Assembly: GCA_976226885.1 (NCBI GenBank)
Contig: OZ320316.1
Location: forward strand, 101,928,001 to 101,992,000
Direction of reading: 5' to 3'
DNA: 64,000 nucleotides
DNA from: Iphione sp. A-MEVVRFRX5
Taxonomy: Eukaryota
The notes below the pieces were generated by a model that ran no database searches, was not told where the DNA came from, and worked only from the letters and a program-made list of their open reading frames with translations. Shown here piece by piece: positions 27,922 through 38,182 of the stretch. Each line of letters opens with the position of its first letter. Position 1 is the stretch's first letter. Made by a program: the position numbers and the translations under genes.

Positions 27922-29240
27922 TCACACTCCCCACTATGTTTTTTCTAGACACCACGATTAAAATCAGGGGAGGGTTATAATATAGAGGACGTTGCTGATA
28001 ATTTGATTTTATTACCCTTATCATTAATTGTCTCTTTCCCTACATGAAGATGTTGATCATCGTGACAGGGTCTCGTGTACCAAGGCATCATAATCTAGGA
28101 CAGATCGCAGTGATGTAATCGCTGTTAATAAGGCATGCGAAAACAAAACAAGTTGGTATACGAAAGTTTGCAAAATTGTTTTTAAATAAAAGAAAACATA
28201 GTGCAATATTCACATTGTATTTGTCTTTTATTGAGCAGTGCATTATACAGTCGATTCTCACTTAGGAGACCACGTCTTGAACTGGAGATATTGGGTATCT
28301 GCTGAGGTCTGGTCTCCCTTGTGATCTGGTCTTCCAAGCGAGAATCGACTGAATTTCTTAATTTAGCCTTATTTTTCTCCTAGTATTAGTTATTTTTTCA
28401 TAATATCTAGCCAGAGCAAAACTGTTCAGATCATTTCTTAAATATAACAAACGAGGTAGGTTAGCGAGATCACATTGGTTTACTTCCTTAAGTCCATTCT
28501 GGAGAGCAAAAGAAACCTTATTGAAGCTAACGCTGACTAAAAAACATGAAAAAGACTGGTCAAGCGAAACCATAAACGGACATCTTGGAAAAGACAATTA
28601 AAAAGAAATCTGATTGCATCTGAAAAGTTTTATTTTGATTCGTCATAAGAACGTAGGGTCACATTCACGCCTTCAGAAAGCTGGAAATGAATTGAAAGTT
28701 AAAGTTTCAGAGTACATGTATTGTTTTTGACTTGCATTTTTCGGGTGTGCACGTTTTCTATATTTTGAACAGTCGATTATACCGTATATATTGTTAATGG
28801 TTGACGTAGACAAAATTCCTCTCCTTTTTTTCATTATTATTATGTACATTTATTCGTACATTATGCGTGTAGTTAGGGTCAATCCTAACTCAACTGATGT
28901 ATCGACAGATAGTTAAAAACAACAGGGGGAAAACACTGCTTTTAATCTGGGTGGCCAACACCTCGGTGATGGGTGCATAGGTGAGATAGTCTGATCATTG
29001 AAGGTACCAATCCAATACGTCAAATCCGCCAATTGAAGGAAGGGACCGTACGTACTGCCTTAATATTTTGGTACATCATTACAAGGAACCAATAAACAAT
29101 TTTCGCACATAAATCAAAAGGAAGCAATATATATAAGTACATATGTATATGATTGGGTAGTTACAGGAATAAGCGGATAAGGAACGTGAAAGGCATCGAG
29201 TGAAACTAATGTGGATGTAGGTTTATGTGTATGTAAATAT

Positions 29241-29478
29241 TGTTCGCCCCGAACGAAGAGACATGACAACTAGGTTACTTTTGAAGGTTTATTCTCGAAG
29301 AACAGAAGGTGAATGACGACAGGACTCCGCCCGGTTCTAATTTATACACATAACGTAACTCCGGGCGGAGCCCCTCACGATACCGGACATAACTCCGGTG
29401 ACACATCACTCCCTAGCGGAGTAACCCCGGGCGGAGCCCAACACTCCCTAGCGGAGTAACCCCGGGCGGAGCCCAACA
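29241..29478 (-). repeat. 3' LTR (238 bp)
   Basis: Direct repeat of 38183-38420 (231/238 identical). On the - strand: TATAAA (plus tttata 29341-29346), AATAAA, and a 35-bp tandem duplication at the U3 end. Confidence 0.97.
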
Positions 29479-29489
29479 CTGCCCCCCTC
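29479..29489 (-). promoter_or_regulatory. Polypurine tract
   Basis: The - strand reads GAGGGGGGCAG immediately before the 3' LTR TGTT. Confidence 0.85.
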
Positions 29490-29587
29490 GAACAAAGAGC
29501 TCAGTCCCTGAGCAACCATGCGTAACCGAACATGCAAAACAGCAACTATAACAGTCAGCAACAAGATAAATCAACCCGGGGGAACCT

Positions 29588-32506
29588 CTACTGGTCCCCT
29601 GATGATCTCTCTACTGAGACCTTAAACTCTTCCTCCAGAGACAGGTCTAATTGGTCTGTCTCCGGTACGTTGGCAGTCAGTTCTGAGTGCACCAATGTCG
29701 GATGCACCCGGGGCTCCTTCCGCCCGTGCATTTGGAGCCACTCTGTCGGAGACTTTGCCCTGGATGGGTCTGGGGTGCGGAGCCGAAGCTGCACCCCCTG
29801 CCGGATCCGCACTAGGGTGTTGCTAGTCTGGGGAGTAACTGTTGCTATCCCGCGCGCAGAGAGTAAAGGCCACCCCTCAGGAGGAACGGAGAGGGGTGTA
29901 ACGACCCGAGCCTGGGCCCAACGCACAACCGGCCCCAGCACCTCGGCCACCTCCAATCTCAGCTGGCGACAAGCCACAGGCCTAGTGTTGGTCCGCCTGG
30001 CTACGTCCCCAGCGGACCCTGGTGCTGTCCCCGGGCGGGAGGGCCCGACCGAGGCCGGAGTGCTGGTAGCCAGTGGTGGAACTGTCTGGTCTCTACGCAT
30101 GAGTCCTGCTACTACCCCGGGGCGTCGTTCCACCAAGACAGAGTGGGTGGCACGTCCCAGGCGTCCCAGGAGTGCTGGGGAGAGGATCCCTCGGCTCGCT
30201 GAGGTAGCGGGCTGTACTCCCTCTCGCCGTCCCGGGAGTGCCGGGGGGAGGACCTCCTGGAGCCTTGGAGGAGGGGCCGGTTGCTCCCCCTCCTCCTCGC
30301 GTCATCCCGGGAGTGCCGGGGGGAGGACCTCCTGGTCCACTGGGGGACAGACTGGCCGCTCACTCTCCTCGTCGTGTCGTCCCGGGGGTGCTGGGGGGGG
30401 GGGACCTCCTGGTCCTTGGGAGGAGGGGCCGGTTGCTCCCCCTCCTCCTCGCGTCGTCCCGGGAGTGCCGGGGGGAGGACCTCCTGGTCCACTGGGGGAG
30501 GGACTGGCTGCTCACTCTCCTCGTCGCGTCGTCCCGGGGGTGCCGGGGGGAGGACCTCCTGGTCCTTGGGAGGAGGGGCCGGTTGCTCCCCCTCCTCCTC
30601 GCATCGTCCCGGGAGTGCTGGGGGGAGGACCTCCTGGTCCGCCGGGGGAGAGACTTGCTGCTCCCCCCCCTCCTTGCGTTGTCCCGGGGGTACCGGGGGG
30701 AGGACCTCCTGGTCCATCGGAAGTCGGGTGGTCGCTCTCCCTCCTCCTCGTGTCGTCCCGGGGGTGCCGGGGGGAGGACCTCCTGGTCTGTTAGGGGAAG
30801 GGTTGGCGGTCCTCCCTTCCCCTCCTGCTGGCTAGGGAGGGTGCCGGACGCTGTCGCCCTTACTGGAGTACTGGAGCTGGTGACGAGTGAGGGCGGTACC
30901 TCACCCTGCTGGCCGCAAGACTCTGGCGAAACTCCGCCTTCACCGGAGTCCGCTGATTCACTCCGCCCCGCCTGTAGATCACCGGAGTCCGGTCGCCGCT
31001 CCGTCTCAAAGGAGGAGGGACCCCAGCCGAGCTCCGCCAAGGTAACCGCCGTCTCCTCCTCAGTGGGCAAGTCTTCTTCTGACTCCTCGGCGATAGCTCC
31101 CCCCGTGAGCTCCAGCCGAGCATAACGCACCCGGCCACACGTGCTTCCCGGGCTCTGACTCAGCTCGGTGGCCAGGGTGCTCGAGGCGACTGTCTCATCC
31201 TGTCCCTGACTTGCCTCCTCATCAGAGTCCGGATCGGACCCTATGATCACGACGTGTGGGGCTGCTCCGACCGCTCGACGTTTTCCCAACCTTCTCCCAG
31301 GCGCTCATCCAATTCCCTCGCTGCTGCACTGTACGAGGAGGACCCCGCGGAGCCGGGAGTAGACTGAGGAGTGAACCCTTGGCCCTTGATGCCAGATGTG
31401 ACCAGGGCCCTCTGCAGTGGAGACATGGTGGATGACGCGGCGCCCTTCTTCGCCGGGGAGGGCAGGCTAGCTGGGGTAATCGGACTGGTCTGCGGCTGGT
31501 ACTTCCTCTTTTCTCGAGCCTCCTCCCTCATGGCGGCCAGATTCCAGCCACGTCCGGGAGTGATCGGGTCTTCTTCTTCTGGGGGGGACCTCGGCCTGGC
31601 CCGCCCTCTGGCCAGCACTCGAACTCGCGCTGCTCCGGGGGTGGAAGGAAGGGCGGGTGCAGGGGACCTCGCGGAGGTAGAGGGAGACCACCCCTGCGAT
31701 CGGATCCCGCGCCCGACTCCTCGCAGAGGTACGCCCGGAGACATATCCAGCCCGTAGAGTTGTGCCTCGATGGAAGCCGTGGACACCGGTGTGACAGGGG
31801 TCCTCGACCCCCCAGGCGTGGACACCGTGGAAGAAACTTGGGCGCCCCTCCCCGTCTGAGGCCGAAGTTGGCGGGGCTCCACCACTTCTTTGCACTCTCC
31901 CTCACTGGTGGAAGAGACTGAGACTGAGACTTGGGCACCCCTCCCCGTCCGGGGCCGGAGTTGGCGGGGCTCCACCACCTCCTCTTGTTCCTCTTCTCCC
32001 CCTTCTTCCGCCTGTTCCTCTTCTCCCTCTGCCTCTTCCCCTTCATCTTTGTCCTCGTCCTCCCAGTCCTTGTCCAACGAGACCTCAGCAGCAGCTGACG
32101 CAGCCGGGGGAGGGCGCCGGCCTAGCTTCGGGCGGGACGGCGGAGCTTCCCCCCGACACATGGCCAGTTCCTTAGCCCTCTCGTAGGCCTCGGCCTTCAT
32201 CTGGCGCTGGTACTCCACTTCCTTCTCGGGTGGCACGGGGATGATCTCTTTCCTGGTGAGGTCCATATACACCACATCCACGAACTGGCCCAGTTCCAGA
32301 GGGCGCTCGGCCTCCTTGTCATGCTGTTTCTCAAGGTGCCGCCGGAAATCGTCCCAGCGGCCAAAATCTGCCCCCCGGCAGCGGGGAACCGGGCAGATCC
32401 GGACAAATCCTCTCCTCGCATGCCTCTTCTTATGGCGTTTAAAGTTGGAGGGGTGGTCCGTGGTGTAACCACAGGTCTGACAGAGACGGACCTTGTTCCT
32501 TGGCAT
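29588..32506 (-). pseudogene. Accessory ORF3 of the Gypsy element: about 970-aa C2H2 zinc-finger protein (3 frameshifts, 1 in-frame stop)
   Basis: First ATG at 32506 (MPRNKVRL). CQTC-x12-H-x3-H and CPVPRC-x13-H-x4-H at 32482-32321. Frames join across indels near 31290, 30740 and 30400 and a TGA at 30304-30302. Ends at stop 29588-29590, about 100 nt before the PPT. Confidence 0.85.
30235..30790 (-). repeat. 75-bp coding tandem repeat x8 (25-aa DQEVLPPA(P/L)PGRxxEEGEQPxPPP) inside ORF3
   Basis: gacctcc at 30251, 30326, 30403, 30478, 30553, 30628, 30703 and 30777. Confidence 0.95.
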
Positions 32507-32754
32507 TTCGTCCTCCACCCGGGCAACGAGGCAAACTCCGGCAGCTTGAGTGAACTCCGGTGGCGGAGTGGTAGACTCCGGTGACCCAAGTGAGTTCTGA
32601 AAAGAACTCCCAACGTACTCCGGTGGCAGAGCGATGCGGCCTCGGCCGTCGGGCGGTGGACAATCTGGCACGTACTCCGGTGGGGCCCAGCAAAAACTCC
32701 GAAGTCGGGGCAGAGCTCGGCGGTGAACAGTACGAATGGCCTCCTGCAGGGCCA

Positions 32755-32930
32755 CCTCCTTATATCTGCGCGCCCAGGACTCCGCCGGTCTCTGATTGGC
32801 CCAGCATTCCCGCGCTTCGCACTGATTGGTCGATGTCGAGCGGAGTGCGGTAATTCGCCCGCCCGGAGTCTGTTGTAGGACTCCGCTGACTTCGTGGGGA
32901 CTCCGGGCGGAGCTTAGGGCGAACTCCGGC
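32755..32930 (-). promoter_or_regulatory. Putative internal Pol II promoter upstream of ORF3
   Basis: In - strand order: GC-rich GCGGAG sites (32912-32840), CCAAT (32829-32825), CCAAT (32799-32795), TATAAG (32764-32759). No ATG until 32506. Confidence 0.65.
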
Positions 32931-35900
32931 CGCTACACGCTTCTTCCAAGTCGGGTGCCGCCTCTCTCCTATCTTCCTCCACAGCACCTGCACCAAGTGG
33001 TCAGTGGCACGACGCCCATACTGGCGCTGTAACCTCCTCCGCAGGCCCAGCAATTTCTTCATGGCCCAGTAGAACCTGAGGGCTGGGCCGACCCACTCTC
33101 TCCCGGTGACCAATGGCTGACAAACAGAGAGGGGTTGGAGGGCGCGGCAGGTCCGGTCACTCAGGATGCGAAGCTCGGCAGCGACCAGATCTACCCACCC
33201 CTGAGGAATCCGGACGACCGGCGGGGGGCGCGGTACAGAGGGTGGAGGTCTGGAGCTCTGTCCCTGGACCCGTCTGTACCAGCGAGGGGGGGGCACCGGA
33301 GGTTGAACCCGACCTCCTTCCAGGCCCCGGTGGTCCGGCTCATGCCGTAGCATCCTGACTCGTCCCAGCACCTCTTCTTGCTCTCCCACCATCGGGTCCA
33401 CGGCTCGCTTTAAGAGGTCTGCGTTTACTACCCGGCGGCGCTGTCCCCGTTTAATCCGGTAGACCACGGCGCTTAGTCTCGATTGGACCTCCCACGGACC
33501 TTGCCAACGGCTTTGCAGTTTGGGGGACCGCCCCTTCTTCTTGATAGGACTGTAGAGCCACACCCGGTCTCAGACATCGAACTCCTGGGGCCTGACCTTC
33601 TTATCGTACCAATCCTTCTGACGTTCAGCGGCTCTCTGTAAGTGCCACCACACGGCCCGGTGGGCCTCCACGAAGCGACGGTGGACCTCCTCCACGTACC
33701 CGGCTACCGATCGCCGCTCTTCCTTCGGGGACCCCACCATCAACTCGATGGGCAGAGTAGTCTCTCGTTGCAGGGTAAGCCAGTTTGGGGAGAACCCTGT
33801 CGTACGATGTGGTGTGGCTCGGTAGGCGGCAAGGACGTACGGAACCTTCTCATCCCAGTCAGACTGGTCTACACGCACCACTTTGGCCAGCATGCTGAGA
33901 AGAGTCCTATCAAACCTCTCCACTACCCCGTCGCTCTGAGGGTGGTTGGGGGTAGTTCGCGACCGTTGAATCCCGAGAAGTTGTAGCAGCTCCTGCACGA
34001 CCGCCGCCTCGAAATTCCTTCCTTGATCCGAATGGAGGACCCGCGGAGGCCCGAACTGGCAGATAACTTCCCGTAGTAAAATCTCAGCGGTGGCTGTCGC
34101 AGTTACCTCCTTCGCCGGGAAGGCTTCGGTCCACTTGGTGAAATGGTCGGCCACCACCAGGATGTACTTGTTCCCCCTGACCGTCTCGGGGAACGGGCCG
34201 CACACGTCCATGGCGACGAACTCCCAGGGGGCGGGGGCTACTCACAGCTGCAAGGGGGCCCGATGCCGCCGGGAAGGGTCCTGCCTCTGCTGGCAAGGGA
34301 GGCATGCCCGCCCCCACTGCTGGACGTCACGTGCCAGCCCAGGCCAGCAATATTTGCGTCGTAGAGCCCCTTCGGTCTTTTCGGGGCCAAGGTGCCCCCC
34401 CATGACTCCGGCGTGGACCTCCTGCCAAACGTGGAAGCGACGTCCCTCGGGTACATAGGCTTGATACCAGGTGGTTCCGTCTTCGCCTTCCCACCGGCGG
34501 CAAAGGAGACCTCCCCTCATCTCCAGCCGGGGCGCTTCTCCCTTCAGCCAACGCTCCTCTCGTCCATCTCCGCTGCTCGGCGGGGGAATTGCCTCCCCCA
34601 ACTCGAGAGCCCGCAGCACAGGCCCTGCCCTGTCGTCTTACTTCTGGGCATAACTCAGAGTGTCCTCTTCGACTGGCTCCACGGACACCGCCGCTACCTG
34701 CCCCATCTCGTCCAGCTCCGTCGGCTCCCTCCCGCACTGTGGGCATATCTGCCTCGAGAGGCCGTCCGCGTTACCATGCTTCTTACCCGGTCGGTGGATG
34801 ATCTCCAGGTCGTAGCAGTGTACCTCTTCTAGCCAGCGTGCGAACTGGCCTTCCGGGGCTCTGAAGTGGCACAACCAGCACAGTGAACTATGGTCTGTAC
34901 AGACCACTAGCTTCAGGCCCCCCACATACGAGCGGAACTTGCGGAGACCAAACACGACCGCCAATAATTCCTTCCGGGTCACGCAGTAGTTCCGCTCCGG
35001 GCATGTGAGACTCCGGCTTGCATAGGTCAACACTCGCTCCCTTCCGTCTTGCTCCTGTGAGAGTACCGCTCCTATGCCGGCAGCGGAAGCGTCCGTGTCC
35101 AATGTCATCGGTCCTTCCGGTCGGGGATAGGCCAACACCGGAGAGGAGACCAGCCTTGCCTTCAAAGTGACAAAAGCCTGCTGACAGTCAGGGGTCCAAC
35201 GGTACTCCTTGCCTTTCTCCAGCAGTTCGTGCAGGGGAGCGGCCACCGCGGCGAACCCCTCCACAAAGCTGCGGTAGTAAGAGCAGAGGCCGACGAAGCT
35301 CCGAAGTTCGGTAATGCAACGGGGGACCAGCCAGGCTTGCACAGATGCGATCTTCTCCGGATCCGGCTCCACTCCATCGGCCGACACTTGATGTCCCAGG
35401 TACGCCACCCTCTTCTGAAACAGCTGGCACTTCCGGGGTTTCACCTTAAGGCCTGCCATCCGAAGCCTGCTGAACACCTCGTCCAGGCGCCGGGTCATCT
35501 CCTCCACGGTTCTGCCGATCACGATCACGTCATCCAAGTAGACCAGGCAGGACTGGCCAACCAGTCCTCACAGCACGGCTTCCATCAGACGCTCAAAGGT
35601 AGAAGGCGCGTTACACAACCCGAAGGGCATGACGCGGAATTGGTAGAGTCCCCTGGGCATGCACACGGCCGTCTTTCCCTTATCCTCGGGCCGCACTCCC
35701 ACCTGCCAGTATCCGCTGGCCGGATAGATTGCCGAGAAATAACGTCCCCCTTGCAGAGCGTCCAACGTCTGGTCGATGCGGGGTAGGGGATAGGCGTCCT
35801 TCTTGGTCACCCCGTTCAGCGCCCGGTAGTCTATGCAGAACCTCCAACTCTGATCCTTCTTGCGCACCAATACCACTGGCGACGCCCAGGGACTCGTTGA

Positions 35901-37061
35901 GGGTTCCAGCACTCCTTGCCACAACATCTTGTCCACTTCTTGCTGGACCAGAGCCTTCTTGGCCGGCGGTAGGCGTCGGACCCTCTGCCAAATCGGTCCG
36001 TGACCCTGCGTGTCTATCCGATGTTGGACTACCTCTGTCCGACCCAGCGCTCCTCCCTCCTCCTGGAAGCAGTCCGCGTTCTTCCGTAGCATCCGCTCTA
36101 CCTCTTCCCTCTGCGACTCATCTAGTTCCTTGGGCAATTGCTCCAACAGACCTTGCAGCGCGGACCCGGGCCCGGGCTCTCTACCGGCTCGGGCACTCTC
36201 CTCCTGCTCCAGTCTGTCCGCCCCGTCGACCAGCTGGACTCTCGCGACGACTGTCCCTTGCCACAAGCAATGTCCCCGAGCACTCACGTTGGCAATCTCT
36301 ACCGCTCCCTCTCGGCTACCAGCTGGGCACACCGTGCGTGCCAGCACCATACCTGAGCGGCCCTCCCACTCGGGGGAGGCCTCCACCAACACTGGTTGAT
36401 CCTCATCATCGAGCCCTTCCCAGCGCACGCGGGCCTGTACCGCGCTCCGCCCACTGAGCTGATAATCCTCAACCAGTACAGCCCGACATCCTTCCGTGCT
36501 GTCGTCCTTGGGGACACGCACCCGAAGTGCGGTCCCCTCCGTGTCCACCTGCGCTCTCCAGCAGCATAGCATGTCCAACCCCAGTATCGCGGGGCAATCA
36601 ATTCGGGCCACCCAGGCCTTGACTTCGAGCTCCACTCCAGCGAACTGTACCCGTACTCGGGTCCGGCCCCTCACCCGGAGAGGCTGCCCATCCGCACACA
36701 GGATCCGCCCCGCGGCAGGCTCCAGTTCAGCCAGAGCCAGGGCGTCGGCTACCTCCTCTGAAAGCAATGTGAGGGAGGCTCCCGTATCCACCAACCAGGG
36801 CACCCGGAGCCCGGCCACTTCGCTGGGGAGCACAATGTTCATCCCTCGGTTTTGCTCCCCTTCTAGAACCACTTCCTCCCCCGCCTCCAGGTGCAGCTTC
36901 CGCAGGTGCTCGTCCAGCGTGTCCTCACCATCATCACGCCTCTCCTCGGCCGTCACCCCTACTGTGGGGGGATGGCCGCTCCCCCGTTTCCCAACGGCTG
37001 TTCCTTGGGGGGATGGGGACAATTCCACTTGAAGTGTCCCAACTCGCCACAATTGAAGCAC
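32760..37061 (-). pseudogene. pol: Gypsy pol (protease, RT, RNase H, integrase); single frame with 4 premature stops
   Basis: LVDTGAS (PR), WRFCIDYRALN / MPFGLCNAPSTF / YLDD (RT), LDTDAS (RH), H-x6-H...C-x2-C, MDVCGP / HSDQGRNFE / VERF (IN DDE), WQGPW (GPY/F). In-frame stops at 35570-35568, 34640-34638, 34244-34242 and 33572-33570. Confidence 0.96.
36940..36992 (-). promoter_or_regulatory. -1 programmed ribosomal frameshift signal (gag-pol)
   Basis: G GGA AAC heptamer in the gag frame (plus 36986-36992). A 7-nt spacer precedes a CGGCC...GGCCG stem with an inner CCCC/GGGG. pol is in the -1 frame. Confidence 0.8.
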
Positions 37062-38134
37062 TTTTTACTCGCCGGTCGCCGGTTTTCCTTGTTAGCTTCG
37101 GTCTGCCCTGCTAGTAGCTGTTGCAGCAGCTGCTCTAAGCGTTCCCACCCGCCAGACAGAACCTCTTTCTTCGGGGCCGTAGTAGAGGGAGCGGGCGCTT
37201 GCCCCAGGGCCTCCAACTTGTGTACTTTCTTGGGACTCCCCCTATCCATCTTATTCTGGTAGTACGATTCCGCGACTTGCGAGGCCGAAAGCGCTTCACG
37301 GAAGGTGGATATCCGGGCTTGGGTCACCCACTTCCGGACCTTCTCGTTAGAGAGGGCTCCCACGTAGTACTCCCGGCACATCCGATCTTTCCACTTCCCC
37401 TTCGCCTCCGGGTAAGCCAGCTGGATCAGACGCTTGATCTCGTCGGCCAGGTCCGCCAGTGCTTCGGACTTCTCCTGTCGCCGCCCCTTTAACTGCTGGA
37501 TGTAAGCATCCGTCTGATGCTTGGACTGGAAGCGTTCGGTGAGGGCATTTACCAACTGTTGGTACGCCCCTGCTTGTTCCACATCCACGCCAGTGCTTCG
37601 CAGAACCGCTCGTGCCGACTTCCGAAGTGTGATTCCTAGCTGGAGGGCCTTGTCAGCCTCCGTACAGTGATTGGCGAGTGCCACTAACTCGAAGTGCTGA
37701 AGGAAATGTCGGAGCGGAGTGCTACCATCGTAGGTGTCTGGTTTCACCTGGCCCTTCCTGCCGCCTTCAGGCCATAGCGCGGAGCGAAGTCCTTCCACAA
37801 ATCCGGTCCACAAGGGGGGCGGAGTGGCCGTCTCCGCCTCTCCCTCCTCAGCACCTCCTTCGAGGTGTAGGTCATTACCTCCTACGCCTTCGTCGACCGG
37901 GGCGTGGGGAGCAGAGCCTTGGGCCGGTGTTGGCCCCTCTTCCTCCTCTTCTGGCTCGACTCCCCTTCCTGGTGGGGCATCTTCACTCTCTGGGGAGCAA
38001 CTGTCCTCTTCTCCTGACAGTTCATGAGCCCCGGCAGACTCCGGGCGGAGCTGGGCGGAGTCCGGCCAGACCACGGCGAACTCCGCCCCTTCACCGGATT
38101 CCCCTGGTTCAGCTACCTCCGCCCGGATCTTCAT
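36959..38134 (-). CDS. gag: Gypsy gag (capsid-like domain and CCHC knuckle), frame open
   Basis: VKPDTYDGSTPLRHFLQHFELVA capsid motif and CFNCGELGHFKWNC knuckle. ATG at 38134 after the PBS; the frame is open back to an ATG at 38206 inside the LTR. Confidence 0.92.
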   Translation of the reverse strand: MKIRAEVAEPGESGEGAEFAVVWPDSAQLRPESAGAHELSGEEDSCSPESEDAPPGRGVEPEEEEEGPTPAQGSAPHAPVDEGVGGNDLHLEGGAEEGEAETATPPPLWTGFVEGLRSALWPEGGRKGQVKPDTYDGSTPLRHFLQHFELVALANHCTEADKALQLGITLRKSARAVLRSTGVDVEQAGAYQQLVNALTERFQSKHQTDAYIQQLKGRRQEKSEALADLADEIKRLIQLAYPEAKGKWKDRMCREYYVGALSNEKVRKWVTQARISTFREALSASQVAESYYQNKMDRGSPKKVHKLEALGQAPAPSTTAPKKEVLSGGWERLEQLLQQLLAGQTEANKENRRPASKKCFNCGELGHFKWNCPHPPKEQPLGNGGAAIPPQ

Positions 38135-38162
38135 CGACTCCGCCGAGCTCCCTGGAGGGAAG

Positions 38163-38180
38163 ATCCCACTGCTGCCACCA
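38163..38180 (-). promoter_or_regulatory. Primer-binding site, tRNA-Leu type
   Basis: The - strand reads TGGTGGCAGCAGTGGGAT, 2 nt after the 5' LTR. It is complementary to a ...ATCCCAC(C/T)GCTGCCACCA tRNA-Leu 3' end (from recall, not searched). Confidence 0.8.
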
Positions 38181-38182
38181 AT

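Noticed and set aside
29588-32755. ORF3 as an envelope gene
   Set aside because: No signal peptide, transmembrane helix or fusion motif; it has zinc fingers and disordered nuclear-type motifs instead.
32507-32755. N-terminal extension of the 502-aa ORF with two PPEY (PPxY late-domain-like) motifs
   Set aside because: It starts at a GTG within 10 nt of the TATA box, and the PPEY codons come from the repeated CCGGAGT DNA motif. More likely a 5' leader, though pol read-through or frameshifting is not excluded.
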